The notes beneath the pieces are model-generated. The model searched no databases and was not told the origin of the DNA. It saw only the letters and a program-made list of their open reading frames with translations. Made by a program: the position numbers and the translations under genes. A stretch of 64,000 bases of DNA from Bythopirellula sp. (lineage in GTDB: Bacteria; Planctomycetota; Planctomycetia; Pirellulales; Lacipirellulaceae). Below are positions 20,907-32,329 of this stretch, piece after piece (the first letter of the stretch is position 1; every line of letters begins with the position of its first letter). Location of the stretch: NCBI GenBank assembly GCA_965216565.1, contig OZ244170.1:224001-288000 (forward strand), given 5' to 3'.

Positions 20907-23278
20907 TACCGCACCTAGCTTTACACATTGGTCGACGCGCAGGCCGGAGACTGTTGAATCTTGTGCTGCGCCGCCATAGGGCGACACTTCTTCTGTTTGC
21001 CACAATCACCGCGCTGGCCAGTTTCTACGCCTCGCAACTTCAATTCGAGGATTCGCTAGACTCCTGGTTTTTGCAAGATAGCGAAGAGCTGGCCACCTAC
21101 GAACGATTCCGGGAGCAGTTTGGCACTGACGAATTCATTGTAGTTGGGCTCTACCCAGATGAACTGTTCACTGTAGAGTTCTTTTCTCAATTGAGAGCCT
21201 TCACCCGGGAGCTTGAATCCCAATCGTCAATTGGGCGAGTGGTGTCCCTTGCTAACGTGAAAGTTCTGGATCGAAGGCAGGGTCGCCTCAATCTAGTTCC
21301 CTTCGCGGAAGGACGAGAAGGTACTTGGCCAACATCGGCAGCGGCTATCGCTGACTTGCGTATGCGCCTCAATGCCGCACCGTCCACGGTCGGCCGATTG
21401 ATGGATCAACAAGGCCTGGCTACGGCAGTAGTCGTGGAATTGTCGGAGCAAGCAAGTGAGATTGACAGCAAATCACGAGTTGTCGAGCAGATTCGCCAAA
21501 GCTGCCACAGTTGTTTTTCGCAAGCCGTCACATGTCGGCTTGCGGGAACACCGGTAATGGATGACGCGATATTTCAATATTCCAGGCACGACCTGATTTT
21601 TCTCGCACCTTTGGCAGTATGTGCTTGCACACTGATGTGCTTTGTACTTTACCGGAGTCTTATCGATGCCCTCGCGGCGATAATTGTTCCGCTAGTCGCA
21701 GCATTGTGGGTATTAGGGGTGATGGGGTTTTTTCAGATCCCTATTTCGTTTCTTACTTCAGTGCTGCTCATGGTAATTTTGGTTTCTGGAATGGCCGATG
21801 CCATTCATCTGCTTACAACCTACCATAACAAATACGCAGCCGAACGAGCTCAAACGAAAGCAATACGTAACACACTTGCTGAGTTGTGGAGGCCATGTGC
21901 GATTACAACGGCAACCACCGCTACGGGTTTTATTTCACTAGTTGCATGTGACATCGTGCCGGTAAGAACCTTCGGTTGGTTAGCGGCGTTCGGTGCGGTT
22001 GCGGCCTTGGTGACCAGTTTCTTGATGCTACCGTGCTTGCTGCTTTGCAAAACTAACAGGGACGTGCACGCTAAACCTCTTCCAGTAAACCAACTTTGTA
22101 GCTGGATTGTTCGCCTAACAAAGATGCAACGCAGGCAAAGGGGTATTGCTCTGGCAGTTGTGCTGATGGCCGCCGGGCCGTGCTTGGTGGCTGTTCCGGG
22201 ACTGCAGATCGCTTCGAGTCCCTTGAGTTTGTTTCGTCCGAATAACACCATTCGGCAAGATGCCGAGCACATCGACAACAGCTTCGGAGGCTTCGCAACG
22301 ATGGAGTTCGAATTCTCCTCAAAGAAGGACGTGCTGCATTGGGAGCACTTCACCAAAATCACAAGCTTTACCCGCTGGTTGAAGGACCAACAATTTACGA
22401 GTGGTACGCTCTCGTTCCTCGACCTGCTTTCTGAAACAAACCGGGTCCAGCCCTATAAACGCAATCAACTTGGACAACCCGTGGGGATGTGGAACACCTT
22501 GCGTGAAGCCAAGCAATTGGAGCCGGAGTTCTACAATCGATTGTTACAGAACGAGAACTCTGTTGCTCGCGTCTCCGCCCGAGTGCCACTCACGGGGGTA
22601 CCTATAGACGCTAGACGCATTCATGCGATTGAGAAATATTTGTCGAGCAACTTCACCAACTCCGATCTCACGGTGAGTTCAACGGGATATGTAAAACACT
22701 TCAGCAGTCTGCGGAATAGCTTGATGCAGGGGCAAATCAGCAGCTTCGTCCTGGCAGCGATCTCGATGACTGTGGTACTCGGGATCGCTTTGCGATCGTG
22801 GAGCATGGCATTCCTGTCGCTGGCTCCTAACTTCCTCCCGATCATATGTGGATTTGGCGTAATGGCTGCGTGTGGCATTCCACTCGACCCTGGGACTATT
22901 ATGATTGCCTCGGTTGCGCTGGGTTTGGTAGTCGACGACACATGCCATTTGCTCTGTGGCGTGCAACGACAACAAACTGCTGGAAACAATTTAGATAGGT
23001 CGATGAAGTTAACCGTGAGAGAAGTCGGTCCCGCGCTGTGCATGACCAGCCTTGTGTTGGCGGTTGGTTTTTCGACATTGATGCTTGGAAGTTTTGCACC
23101 CTCAGTCTACTTTGGATGTGTGATGGTGCTCGTGGTCTCCACAGCGCTGTTGGTAGACCTGGTATTGGTCCCCATCCTAGTCTTGGCAATCTGTCCGTTG
23201 ATTGGTTACTTAGCAAAGAACAAACTTCCGAACCAAACGATTCGAACCAGCTCTCAGCGGTATCTAAGCACAAGCTAA
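20903..23278 (+). CDS. MMPL/RND-superfamily transporter
   Basis: Two TM bundles with ADAIH and VDDTCH motifs; ATGA overlap with the EAL gene stop. Confidence 0.85.
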   Translation: MIPHLALHIGRRAGRRLLNLVLRRHRATLLLFATITALASFYASQLQFEDSLDSWFLQDSEELATYERFREQFGTDEFIVVGLYPDELFTVEFFSQLRAFTRELESQSSIGRVVSLANVKVLDRRQGRLNLVPFAEGREGTWPTSAAAIADLRMRLNAAPSTVGRLMDQQGLATAVVVELSEQASEIDSKSRVVEQIRQSCHSCFSQAVTCRLAGTPVMDDAIFQYSRHDLIFLAPLAVCACTLMCFVLYRSLIDALAAIIVPLVAALWVLGVMGFFQIPISFLTSVLLMVILVSGMADAIHLLTTYHNKYAAERAQTKAIRNTLAELWRPCAITTATTATGFISLVACDIVPVRTFGWLAAFGAVAALVTSFLMLPCLLLCKTNRDVHAKPLPVNQLCSWIVRLTKMQRRQRGIALAVVLMAAGPCLVAVPGLQIASSPLSLFRPNNTIRQDAEHIDNSFGGFATMEFEFSSKKDVLHWEHFTKITSFTRWLKDQQFTSGTLSFLDLLSETNRVQPYKRNQLGQPVGMWNTLREAKQLEPEFYNRLLQNENSVARVSARVPLTGVPIDARRIHAIEKYLSSNFTNSDLTVSSTGYVKHFSSLRNSLMQGQISSFVLAAISMTVVLGIALRSWSMAFLSLAPNFLPIICGFGVMAACGIPLDPGTIMIASVALGLVVDDTCHLLCGVQRQQTAGNNLDRSMKLTVREVGPALCMTSLVLAVGFSTLMLGSFAPSVYFGCVMVLVVSTALLVDLVLVPILVLAICPLIGYLAKNKLPNQTIRTSSQRYLSTS

Positions 23279-23386
23279 GAGCGGCAGGATCCACAATGCG
23301 ATCCTTGCTGACTTCTGCAAGATCAGAAAACCCACTAAGCACGCGGCTCCACGGAATTTAGGGAAGCGAAGCATCGCTCATCCGAG

Positions 23387-23444
23387 TAGCCGAGGCGGGC
23401 CTCGAACCCCCACGAAGGTTCCCCTTCACTGGATTTTAAGTCCA
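23387..23444 (-). pseudogene. Displaced, decayed 3' half of tRNA-Leu(UAA): outer att site of the island array
   Basis: 58-bp homologue of 50494-50551 with a different variable arm and two T-arm changes. Confidence 0.9.
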
Positions 23445-23768
23445 CGAATTTGGCATTGCGCTTACGTGGAACACACAAGGCGTTTATGCATCAACTTCCT
23501 TTTTTTGATGGCTTTCAGCGTTTCAGCGTGGCAAATGGATTGCTCCTGCCATGAATATGTATTGCACACATTGTTCCAATTGTGTTCCAAGAGTCAATCT
23601 GTTCCACGGCCTACGGTAGCAAGATGGGTCAGACCTTTTGCATGTTTATCCTATCGAACGATGTATTTGACGCAAACTAGCTGCTTCGGCATAAACACTT
23701 TGGCAGGTGAACTGAACGCGTTAGTCAGAGTGCATTTCGCTGCTTGGATGGGCGTCACCCGAGCGAAT
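23445..23768. repeat. Conserved island left end R1 (copy A) with TGTTCCA repeats
   Basis: Homologous to 31604-31928. TGTTCCA at 23572, 23583 and 23600; inverted TGGAACA at 23467. Confidence 0.9.
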
Positions 23769-23921
23769 TAGAGCTGCGAGAAAAAGGACTTCGAGCCCCC
23801 TAAGAAACAAGATTAGCAAAGTTTGCAAAATAGGCTTTCCAAGAGCACGGAGACCAATTCCACCGCTATTATTTAATGTAACGGGTTGAATTGCATGCCG
23901 CTTGTCGCAAGCATGGAATGA

Positions 23922-25697
23922 ATGTGGTCCTCCCGTCTGTTTTGGAAACTGTTTCTCACCTATGCCGGGCTTGTTCTGATCGCTCTTAGTATCTGTGTCG
24001 CCATTGTGTCGGGGTGGCAGGAAGAGCAATTGGTTGAACAAGTCCGTCGACGGCTGCATGACTCTGCAGCCCTGTTGCGTGACGACTTAGGCAGTCGCTT
24101 GGTTGCAGGCCGCAGTGAAGCTCTGCAGCAGAAAGTACGAAATCTCGGTGAACAGACGCAAACTCGCTTTACTATGGTAACCAGGGAGGGACTTGTACTG
24201 GCCGACTCGGAGCAATTGGGACTAGCCGAAGTTGTCGAGATGGAGAATCATCGCAACCGAAAAGAATTCGTCTTGGCTTCCCGCTCAGGGGAAGGAGTCT
24301 CTCAGCGAAACAGCTCAACACTAGGTGTACCGTTCCTGTATTTCGCTCTGGCGGTTGAGCAAGACAATGAAATCATCGGCTACGTTCGGGCGGCACAATC
24401 GATGGCTTCGATTCAGGAAGAAGTCAGCTCAATCCGTCGGCTAATTTGGTCGGTTGGACTCCTGATTGGACTCTCGGGTCTTGCCACTACCTATTGGCTC
24501 ACGCAACGGATCATAAGTCCTATTCAGGAGTTGACGGATGCAGCCGAGGACATTGCTACAGGAAATTACCCTGAGCGAATCGGAGTCCATTCCAGCGACG
24601 AGCTTGGTATCCTGGCACGTTCGTTTGAGAATATGAATAGTGAGTTGAAATCCAGAGAGAATCAGCTCAGGACCAGCTCCCACCGGCAGCAAGCAGTGCT
24701 AGGTGGAATGATCGAGGGGGTATTAGCTGTCGATAGCCGCCAAAAGGTTCTATTTGCTAATGCGGCAGCGGGAAAAGCACTTTCCTTTCAGCCCGATCAA
24801 ATTGAAGGGCATGCTCTACTGGAAGTTGTTCGCAGCCATGAATTGCGAGAGATTGTAGAGCAGACTCTCAGCTCCCGTGAACTTTGTCAGGGCGAACTTG
24901 CCTGGCAAGCGGACTCGATACGTACGCTCAAGATTCACGCCACCCCGCTTCCTGGCGAACCTTGTCCGGGCGTTGTGCTGGTGTTGCATGATGTGACCGA
25001 GCTTAAACGCCTAGAATATCTTCGTCAGCAGTTTGTCGCGAATGTATCTCACGAACTCAAAACGCCGCTTAGCTCGATCAAAGCCTACACAGAAACACTG
25101 CTTAGCGGAGCACTTGAGGACAAGAGCAATGCACCCCGGTTCTTGCGCCAAATCGACGATCAGGCAGATCGGCTGCACGACCTCATCCTCGACATGCTGA
25201 GCCTTGCTCGGATCGAATCTGGAAATGCCACTCTAGAACTAATTAACGTACCTCTGCAGCGGGTCGTTACGACGAGTCTAGCGGACTATGAAGCACGAAG
25301 CAGATCGGCTCAGATTTCATTGAATCATCAGTCCGATTGCGATTCTCTCGAAGTACGTGTCGACGAAGAATCGTTACAACAGATTATGAGCAATTTGATC
25401 GACAATGCCATTAAATATACGCCCTCGGGGGGGACCATCTCAGTCTGGAGCCACCAGGAAGCAGGCATGGCAGTAATCGAAGTCTCGGACACGGGCATCG
25501 GGATTGCCCCGGAGCACCAGGAGAGGCTTTTCGAGAGATTCTACCGCGTCGATAAAGCCCGCTCTCGCGAGATGGGAGGCACAGGCTTGGGCCTGGCAAT
25601 TGTCAAGCACCTGTGCCAGGCAATGGGGGGAAGCGTGTCAGTCGAGAGCCAGTTAGGCAGGGGAAGCACATTTCGAGTGCGAATTCCCCTCGCTTAA
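23922..25697 (+). CDS. phoR: Phosphate regulon sensor histidine kinase (HAMP-PAS-HisKA-HATPase)
   Basis: MENHRNRKE, FVANVSHELKTPL, NLIDNAIKY and FYRVDKARSREMGGTGLGL; next to the pst genes. Confidence 0.9.
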   Translation: MWSSRLFWKLFLTYAGLVLIALSICVAIVSGWQEEQLVEQVRRRLHDSAALLRDDLGSRLVAGRSEALQQKVRNLGEQTQTRFTMVTREGLVLADSEQLGLAEVVEMENHRNRKEFVLASRSGEGVSQRNSSTLGVPFLYFALAVEQDNEIIGYVRAAQSMASIQEEVSSIRRLIWSVGLLIGLSGLATTYWLTQRIISPIQELTDAAEDIATGNYPERIGVHSSDELGILARSFENMNSELKSRENQLRTSSHRQQAVLGGMIEGVLAVDSRQKVLFANAAAGKALSFQPDQIEGHALLEVVRSHELREIVEQTLSSRELCQGELAWQADSIRTLKIHATPLPGEPCPGVVLVLHDVTELKRLEYLRQQFVANVSHELKTPLSSIKAYTETLLSGALEDKSNAPRFLRQIDDQADRLHDLILDMLSLARIESGNATLELINVPLQRVVTTSLADYEARSRSAQISLNHQSDCDSLEVRVDEESLQQIMSNLIDNAIKYTPSGGTISVWSHQEAGMAVIEVSDTGIGIAPEHQERLFERFYRVDKARSREMGGTGLGLAIVKHLCQAMGGSVSVESQLGRGSTFRVRIPLA

Positions 25698-25710
25698 AAC
25701 CCGATTGCAC

Positions 25711-25755
25711 TTCTCATCCAATCTTCACACTCTCTTCATAGCCTCACGCTATAGT
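25711..25755 (+). promoter_or_regulatory. Pho box (three units, 11-bp period) plus -10 element for pstS
   Basis: TTCTCAT (25711), TCTTCAC (25722), TCTTCAT (25733); TATAGT at 25750, 10 bp after the last unit. Confidence 0.7.
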
Positions 25756-25812
25756 CTGAGTTGTGACCTGCCCAGACTATTCCGCCGTATATTTTTCAAC
25801 CGGATACTAGTT

Positions 25813-26787
25813 GTGACACCCAGTCGACATACAGTTTTGTCCACCGTTATTCTGAGCATTTGCCTTGTTCTCCAAGCAGGCTGCAGCAGTTCGAATTCGA
25901 CTCCTACTGGGGCTGGACTGACTGAGAGCGAGCTAGTTCTGTCCGGAGACGTTCGCATTCATGGATCGAGTACCGTTTTCCCAGTTTCGCAAGCGGTCGC
26001 CGAAGAATTCAAAGAGGTGGCACCAAGAGTTAAGGTTTCGGTTGGTTCCGCGGGTACGAGTGGCGGGATGAAAAAATTTGCGGCTGGTGAAATCGACATC
26101 TGCGATGCCTCACGAAGAATAAAAGACAGCGAAAAGGATAACTGTATTGCTTCTAATGTTGAGTTCATCGAGTTAACAGTCGCCGTGGATGGTCTCTCGG
26201 TTGTGGTAAATCCCAAAAACGATTGGGTAGACTGCCTAACCGTCGAGCAACTAAAGACTATTTGGCGGCCTGAAAGTGACGAAACAGTTGTGAACTGGAG
26301 CGATGTCGACCCTGAGTGGCCGGACGAACCTTTGAAACTGTACGGACCGGGCACCGATTCGGGAACCTTCGATTATTTCACCAAAGCCATTAATGGCGAA
26401 GAGCGGGCTAGTCGCGCAGACTATACCGCAAGCGAAAACGATAACCAGCTAGTTCGCGGAGTAATTTCCGATAAGGGTGCCCTTGGGTACTTTGGATATG
26501 CCTACTACGCTGAGAATAAAGATGCCTTGAAACTGTTGGCAGTCGACGGTGGAGAGGGTTGTGTTTCTCCTAATGACACGACTGTGCGTAGCGGCTCGTA
26601 CAAGCCTCTTTCCAGATCACTATTTATCTATGTAAGCAAGTCATCCTTAGAGCGACCGGAAATGGTTGCATTCGTGAAGTTTTACCTGGAGAACGTAGGC
26701 CGCTTGGCTGGCGATGTAGGGTATGTGCCCGTTTCCGATGAAGTGGCCAAGCAAAACAAAGTGCTTTTGCAAAAGGTTATGCAATAG
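25813..26787 (+). CDS. pstS: Phosphate ABC transporter substrate-binding lipoprotein
   Basis: Lipobox LQAGC, GSSTVFP, GTSGG and SGTFDYF. GTG 25813 chosen because the promoter lies inside the longer ORF. Confidence 0.93.
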   Translation: MTPSRHTVLSTVILSICLVLQAGCSSSNSTPTGAGLTESELVLSGDVRIHGSSTVFPVSQAVAEEFKEVAPRVKVSVGSAGTSGGMKKFAAGEIDICDASRRIKDSEKDNCIASNVEFIELTVAVDGLSVVVNPKNDWVDCLTVEQLKTIWRPESDETVVNWSDVDPEWPDEPLKLYGPGTDSGTFDYFTKAINGEERASRADYTASENDNQLVRGVISDKGALGYFGYAYYAENKDALKLLAVDGGEGCVSPNDTTVRSGSYKPLSRSLFIYVSKSSLERPEMVAFVKFYLENVGRLAGDVGYVPVSDEVAKQNKVLLQKVMQ

Positions 26788-26845
26788 ACACCAATTGGTG
26801 GTTTAGGTCTCTAATTTTGCAATAAGAACTAAGACTTCAAATGAC

Positions 26846-27781
26846 ATGTCTACAGCAGTTCCCACTCGAGACACACTAGCTGGCAAGTCAAAAGGCTTCG
26901 ATTTTCGTAAAGTCTTTGAGATTGCGATTCGCGGCATCCTAATAGCTTGTACTGCGATTTCGATTGTCACGACCATCGGGATCGTAGTCGTTCTATTCTT
27001 CGAATCATTCCAGTTCTTTCGCGAGGTTTCGATCTGGGAGTTCCTCACTGGCACCCGCTGGTCGCCACTGCTTAAGCCACAACACTTTGGCATCTTGCCT
27101 CTGTTTTGTGGCACTTTGCTCGTAGCAGGTGGATCGGCGATTCTAGCCATCCCTTTGGGCTTGGCCACGGCTATTTATTTGAGTGAGTACGCTTCACCTC
27201 TTGTACGTGAAGTCTTGAAACCTTCGATCGAAGTATTGGCAGGCATACCCTCAGTGGTCTACGGCTACCTGGCAGTTGTCTTTGTTTCGCCATTAGTTCG
27301 TGATGCCATTCCCTCAGCTGATCTATTTAATGCCGCGAATGCCTGTATTGTTGTCGGCATTATGATTTTGCCGATGGTCATCTCGCTGAGCGAAGACATT
27401 CTAAGATCAGTGCCACGTTCATTGCGCGAGGGTGCCTATGCCCTGGGAGCAACCAAGCTCGACGTAATCCTGAAAGTTGTCTTGCCCACCGCCATGTCGG
27501 GTATTATGGCAGCTTGTTTGCTGGCAATTGCCAGGGCGGTCGGAGAAACGATGGCGGTGACACTCGCAGCAGGGGCGACTCCCAACCTAACACTCAACCC
27601 GTTTGAAGGCATTCAAACCATGACTGCCTACATCGTGCAAGTGAGTTTAGGCGACACACCTGCCGGAACACTTGAATACCGCACAATCTTTGCGGTTGGT
27701 TTGGCTCTATTCGTTTCGACTTTCATACTCAACGTATTAGCTCGCTTAATATTAATGCGAGTTGAGGAGAAATACGAATGA
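26846..27781 (+). CDS. pstC: Phosphate ABC transporter permease
   Basis: [20 protein letters not shown] and [10 protein letters not shown]. Confidence 0.95.
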   Translation: MSTAVPTRDTLAGKSKGFDFRKVFEIAIRGILIACTAISIVTTIGIVVVLFFESFQFFREVSIWEFLTGTRWSPLLKPQHFGILPLFCGTLLVAGGSAILAIPLGLATAIYLSEYASPLVREVLKPSIEVLAGIPSVVYGYLAVVFVSPLVRDAIPSADLFNAANACIVVGIMILPMVISLSEDILRSVPRSLREGAYALGATKLDVILKVVLPTAMSGIMAACLLAIARAVGETMAVTLAAGATPNLTLNPFEGIQTMTAYIVQVSLGDTPAGTLEYRTIFAVGLALFVSTFILNVLARLILMRVEEKYE

Positions 27782-28656
27782 GTTTAGTGGAAAATAACAA
27801 TGGTCGCCCTTATGCAAAACTAGTTTCCATTGTCTTTGCTTGGCTATGCGCCGGAGCAGCTTGGCTTTGCGTTTCAATTCTGGTGCTCTTACTGTGGAAT
27901 GTAGTGAGCTACGGCTGGGACGCACTTAGTTGGGATTATGTTAACCGTTTTCCTTCAAGATTCGCTGAGAAGGCAGGTATTAAGCCTGCCCTGGTAGGCA
28001 GTATGTATTTAATTGGCTTGACGGCTTTGTTCGCGGTGCCAGTTGGTGTGGGGGCCGCCATATACCTTGAAGAATATACGCCCAAGAGCCGTTGGCGGAC
28101 ATTGGTGCAAATCAACATCGCTAACTTGGCCGGTGTGCCTTCGATTGTGTATGGGATCTTAGGACTTGGTATGTTCGTGCGGACCATGCAGCTCAACCGG
28201 AGCCTCATGGCCGGAGCCCTCACTTTGACGCTCGTTGTTCTGCCGATTGTCATCTTGGCGGCACAAGAATCGCTCCGAGCTGTGCCCAGTTCTATCCGCC
28301 AAGCATCCTATGCCCTTGGGGCAACGCGCTGGCAAACAGTTTGGCACCAGTTGCTTCCGGCTGCTTTGCCGGGCACGATGACAGGCGTAATTTTGGCGCT
28401 CTCTCGAGCCTTGGGCGAAGCTGCTCCCCTGGTCGCTATCGGCGCCGCAACTTATGTAACTTTCTTACCCGAAGATATCCTTAAAGATGAATTTACTGCG
28501 CTGCCTCTGCAAATATTCAGCTGGGCCAGCGAGCCACAACAGGGATTTCACAAGGTTGCTGCGGCGGGAATCGTTGTATTGCTTTTTGTACTGATTTGCA
28601 TGAATGCAATAGCCGTTGCATTGCGCTATCGATTTAGCAAGGCCAAACGTCCATGA
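27778..28656 (+). CDS. pstA: Phosphate ABC transporter permease
   Basis: [22 protein letters not shown] and SRALGEAAP. Confidence 0.95.
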   Translation: MSLVENNNGRPYAKLVSIVFAWLCAGAAWLCVSILVLLLWNVVSYGWDALSWDYVNRFPSRFAEKAGIKPALVGSMYLIGLTALFAVPVGVGAAIYLEEYTPKSRWRTLVQINIANLAGVPSIVYGILGLGMFVRTMQLNRSLMAGALTLTLVVLPIVILAAQESLRAVPSSIRQASYALGATRWQTVWHQLLPAALPGTMTGVILALSRALGEAAPLVAIGAATYVTFLPEDILKDEFTALPLQIFSWASEPQQGFHKVAAAGIVVLLFVLICMNAIAVALRYRFSKAKRP

Positions 28657-28727
28657 CTTTCGACAATGCCTGTGCAGGCACTCCTTGAGCCCTAAATATT
28701 AAAGAACTAGTCCGTAGGTCAAATGTT

Positions 28728-29621
<894 letters not shown>

Positions 29622-29658
29622 CACGAACAATTCTTCCAAATAACCTACCAGCCTTCAC

Positions 29659-30342
29659 ATGTCCATACATCTTCATCGTGATCTCGAAGCCCTCGAGCAA
29701 GAATTGCTAGCGCAGTCGTCAATTGTTGAACAGATGGTCTATCGCTCGAGTCAGGCACTCGGAGAACTGCGCAGCGACCTCATCGAGCAACTTTATCGCG
29801 ATGAAGATACGGTCAACTCGCGAGAAGTCACAATCGAAGAAGAGTGCTTAAAAATTCTAGCACTCCATCAGCCAGTAGCCGTCGATCTGCGACGTGTGGC
29901 AACAGTCATGAAAATTAATGGCGACCTGGAACGCATCGCCGACTTAGCAGTGAATATTGGCGAACGTGCTCAAGTGTTGGTGCTCCACCCACATTTTCAG
30001 TTTCCTTATAAAATAGACCAGATGGTGGAAGCTGCAACATCGATGGTCCGGGACGCCCTGGATTCATTTGTTCATTTAGATGTCGATGCCGCCCGGAATG
30101 TATGTCAGCGCGACGATGTTGTCGACGATCTTAACCGCCAAGTGATTGAAGACCTCAAAGAGTTTCTTCAAAAAAACATCAGCGAAATCGAACCAGCACT
30201 TCAATTCTTCTCCGCTTCAAGACATATTGAGCGTATTGGAGATCACGCAACAAACATTGCCGAAGATGTCGTCTATCTTGTCGATGGTGAAATAGCCCGA
30301 CACTGGCAAAACGACACTTTCTACGGAGCGACAAACCGATAA
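29659..30342 (+). CDS. phoU: Phosphate signalling protein PhoU
   Basis: QPVAVDLR, DLERIADLAVNI and ERIGDHATNIAE. Confidence 0.95.
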   Translation: MSIHLHRDLEALEQELLAQSSIVEQMVYRSSQALGELRSDLIEQLYRDEDTVNSREVTIEEECLKILALHQPVAVDLRRVATVMKINGDLERIADLAVNIGERAQVLVLHPHFQFPYKIDQMVEAATSMVRDALDSFVHLDVDAARNVCQRDDVVDDLNRQVIEDLKEFLQKNISEIEPALQFFSASRHIERIGDHATNIAEDVVYLVDGEIARHWQNDTFYGATNR

Positions 30343-30345
30343 TTA

Positions 30346-31053
30346 ATGTCAAAACAAGTCAATATTTTAATTGTAGAAGACGATGCCTCACTAGCCGAGG
30401 TGCTGGACTACAACCTCAGCCAGGAAGGATACAAGACGCATATTGCCCGCGATGGACATCAAGGACTTCGTGAGACCCGTCTACGCTGCCCCAATCTCGT
30501 CATACTCGATTTAATGCTGCCAATGATCGATGGTCTAGAAGTCTGCAGACGATTACGTGCAGATCCAGCGACTCAAGACTTACTTGTGATGATGCTGACT
30601 GCCCGTTCCGAAGAGACGGACCAAATCGTTGGCTTTTCAGTTGGAGCTGACGACTATGTAACGAAACCTTTCAGCGTAAAAGTGCTCCTGCAAAGAATTA
30701 ACGCCCTCTTGCGTCGCAAGGAAAAAAGCAATTCAGATCGTGACGTTATCGTTAGCCAAGGTATTCTCATCGACCATCGGAACCATCGCGCGACTATAAG
30801 CGAAAAACCTGTAAATCTCACGCCGAGCGAGTTTGCGTTGTTGAGCACTCTTGTGCGCCAGCCAGGAAGGGTCTATTCTCGAAGCGAACTTATCGATGCT
30901 TCTCTCGGTGGCGATGCGATTGTGCTGGAACGCACCATCGATGTTCATATTCGTGCCCTACGCAAAAAAATGGGCGCCCACGCCGACTTACTTCAAACTG
31001 TACGCGGCATTGGCTACCGCCTGCGCGATCCGGCAGATGTAGGTGCGACGTAG
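30346..31053 (+). CDS. phoB: OmpR-family response regulator, PhoB
   Basis: LDLMLP, GADDYVTKPFS, RTIDVHIR and VRGIGY; follows phoU. Confidence 0.88.
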   Translation: MSKQVNILIVEDDASLAEVLDYNLSQEGYKTHIARDGHQGLRETRLRCPNLVILDLMLPMIDGLEVCRRLRADPATQDLLVMMLTARSEETDQIVGFSVGADDYVTKPFSVKVLLQRINALLRRKEKSNSDRDVIVSQGILIDHRNHRATISEKPVNLTPSEFALLSTLVRQPGRVYSRSELIDASLGGDAIVLERTIDVHIRALRKKMGAHADLLQTVRGIGYRLRDPADVGAT

Positions 31054-31216
31054 CAAACATTTCGATCAACCTTGTTCCTCGCACCACACAATGGGTGACC
31101 AGTTGTCCACGCGGTAATCCTTCAGTGCACGCTTGCAAATGCTAACTTGAAAGACCTAGTTGTTTCTCAATCATCGATAGAATTGTCACTTCTTCAAGTG
31201 AGATGGAGACTTGCAG

Positions 31217-31545
31217 CGCACAGGGGTTACCCCCTTCCAAGCGTCCGAACGCGATTACCCAAGACACGTTGGCTTCATTGTCCCGGGCACCCTAAGAAAC
31301 TCCGGGCTCACCATGATTTCCTCCAGCATCAAATCAAGCGATGCAGCTCAAGAGTCAACGCGGGTACCAGATGAGATTGATCTGTGTGTAATCAATCGAT
31401 TGGAAGAGTAGGCTCAGAGTCATGCGGCTGAGCCTATAATACGAACGAGGCATTTGCGTTTGATCTGCATGGCACTCTGGATTGATACTCCAGTGCGATA
31501 CAAAAATATGGACCGTCGTAAGTCCGCTGATTGCAAAACATTAAG
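31217..31545. repeat. Conserved island right end R2 (copy A)
   Basis: Matches 50167-50493; I count 6 substitutions over 31235-31545. Confidence 0.93.
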
Positions 31546-31603
31546 TAGCCGAGGCGGGACTCGAACCCGCACGGGGGTTACCCCCCACTGGATTTTAAGT
31601 CCA
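31546..31603 (-). repeat. Internal att core: exact copy of the tRNA-Leu(UAA) 3' half
   Basis: Identical to 50494-50551; identity stops at the anticodon stem. Confidence 0.95.
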
Positions 31604-31928
31604 CGAATCTGGCATTTCACTTACGTGGAACGTACAAGGCGATTGTGCATTAACGTCTTCATTTCTAATGGATTCCGGCGTTTCTGCGTGGCAATTGGAT
31701 TTCTTTTGCCATGAACTTGTATTGCCTACATTGTTCCAATTGTGTTCCAAGAGTCAATCTGTTCCACGGCCTACGGTAGCAAGATGGGTCAGACCTCTTG
31801 CATGCCTATTCTATCGAACGATTTAGTTGACGCAAACTAGCTGCTTCGGCATAAACGCTTTGGCAGTGGAACCGAACGCGTTAGTCAGAGTGCATTTCGC
31901 TGCTTGGAAGGGCGTCACCCACGCGAAT
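31604..31928. repeat. Conserved island left end R1 (copy B)
   Basis: Homologous to 23445-23768; TGTTCCA at 31732, 31743 and 31760. Confidence 0.9.
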
Positions 31929-32329
31929 GTGATGTGCGCACTTTTTGACTTCGGTGGGGGAAGGCCCAAGCGCCCAACGGAATATATTAAGACGCTTGGG
32001 TGTGGATCACTTTACCAAGACTCGGCTTGGCTTGCGTGCCGAATTTAATTCAACAGTCTTCTTGAGATTATAACTTGATTTACCGTCGGCCCAACTCACC
32101 ACCTACAACTAGGAGCCCAATCAACAAGAGCAACCGGAAACCCTTTATTGGATAAAACATGGAATTGCCCTCCACTATCGGTAGGGCTGCGCTTACTCAA
32201 TCTACAAATGATTCATAGTTCATTGGATTTCAGTTAAACTATCAGCGGGCTTCGATTGGCACGAGGCTTCTGCTCGGACCAGCCCAACAATTAAATTGCT
32301 AGAGTTTCAAAGGTTCCATAGAATCGCCA

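Noticed and set aside
23572..23606. Short direct repeats as a CRISPR or iteron array
   Set aside because: Only 7-bp units with irregular short spacing, and no cas or rep gene. No CRISPR array was seen anywhere in the window.
31211..31714. ORFs repeated at 31211/50000, 31454/50402 and 23466/31827
   Set aside because: Their similarity follows from the DNA repeats; some run through tRNA sequence and their starts differ. No integrase or excisionase motif is visible.
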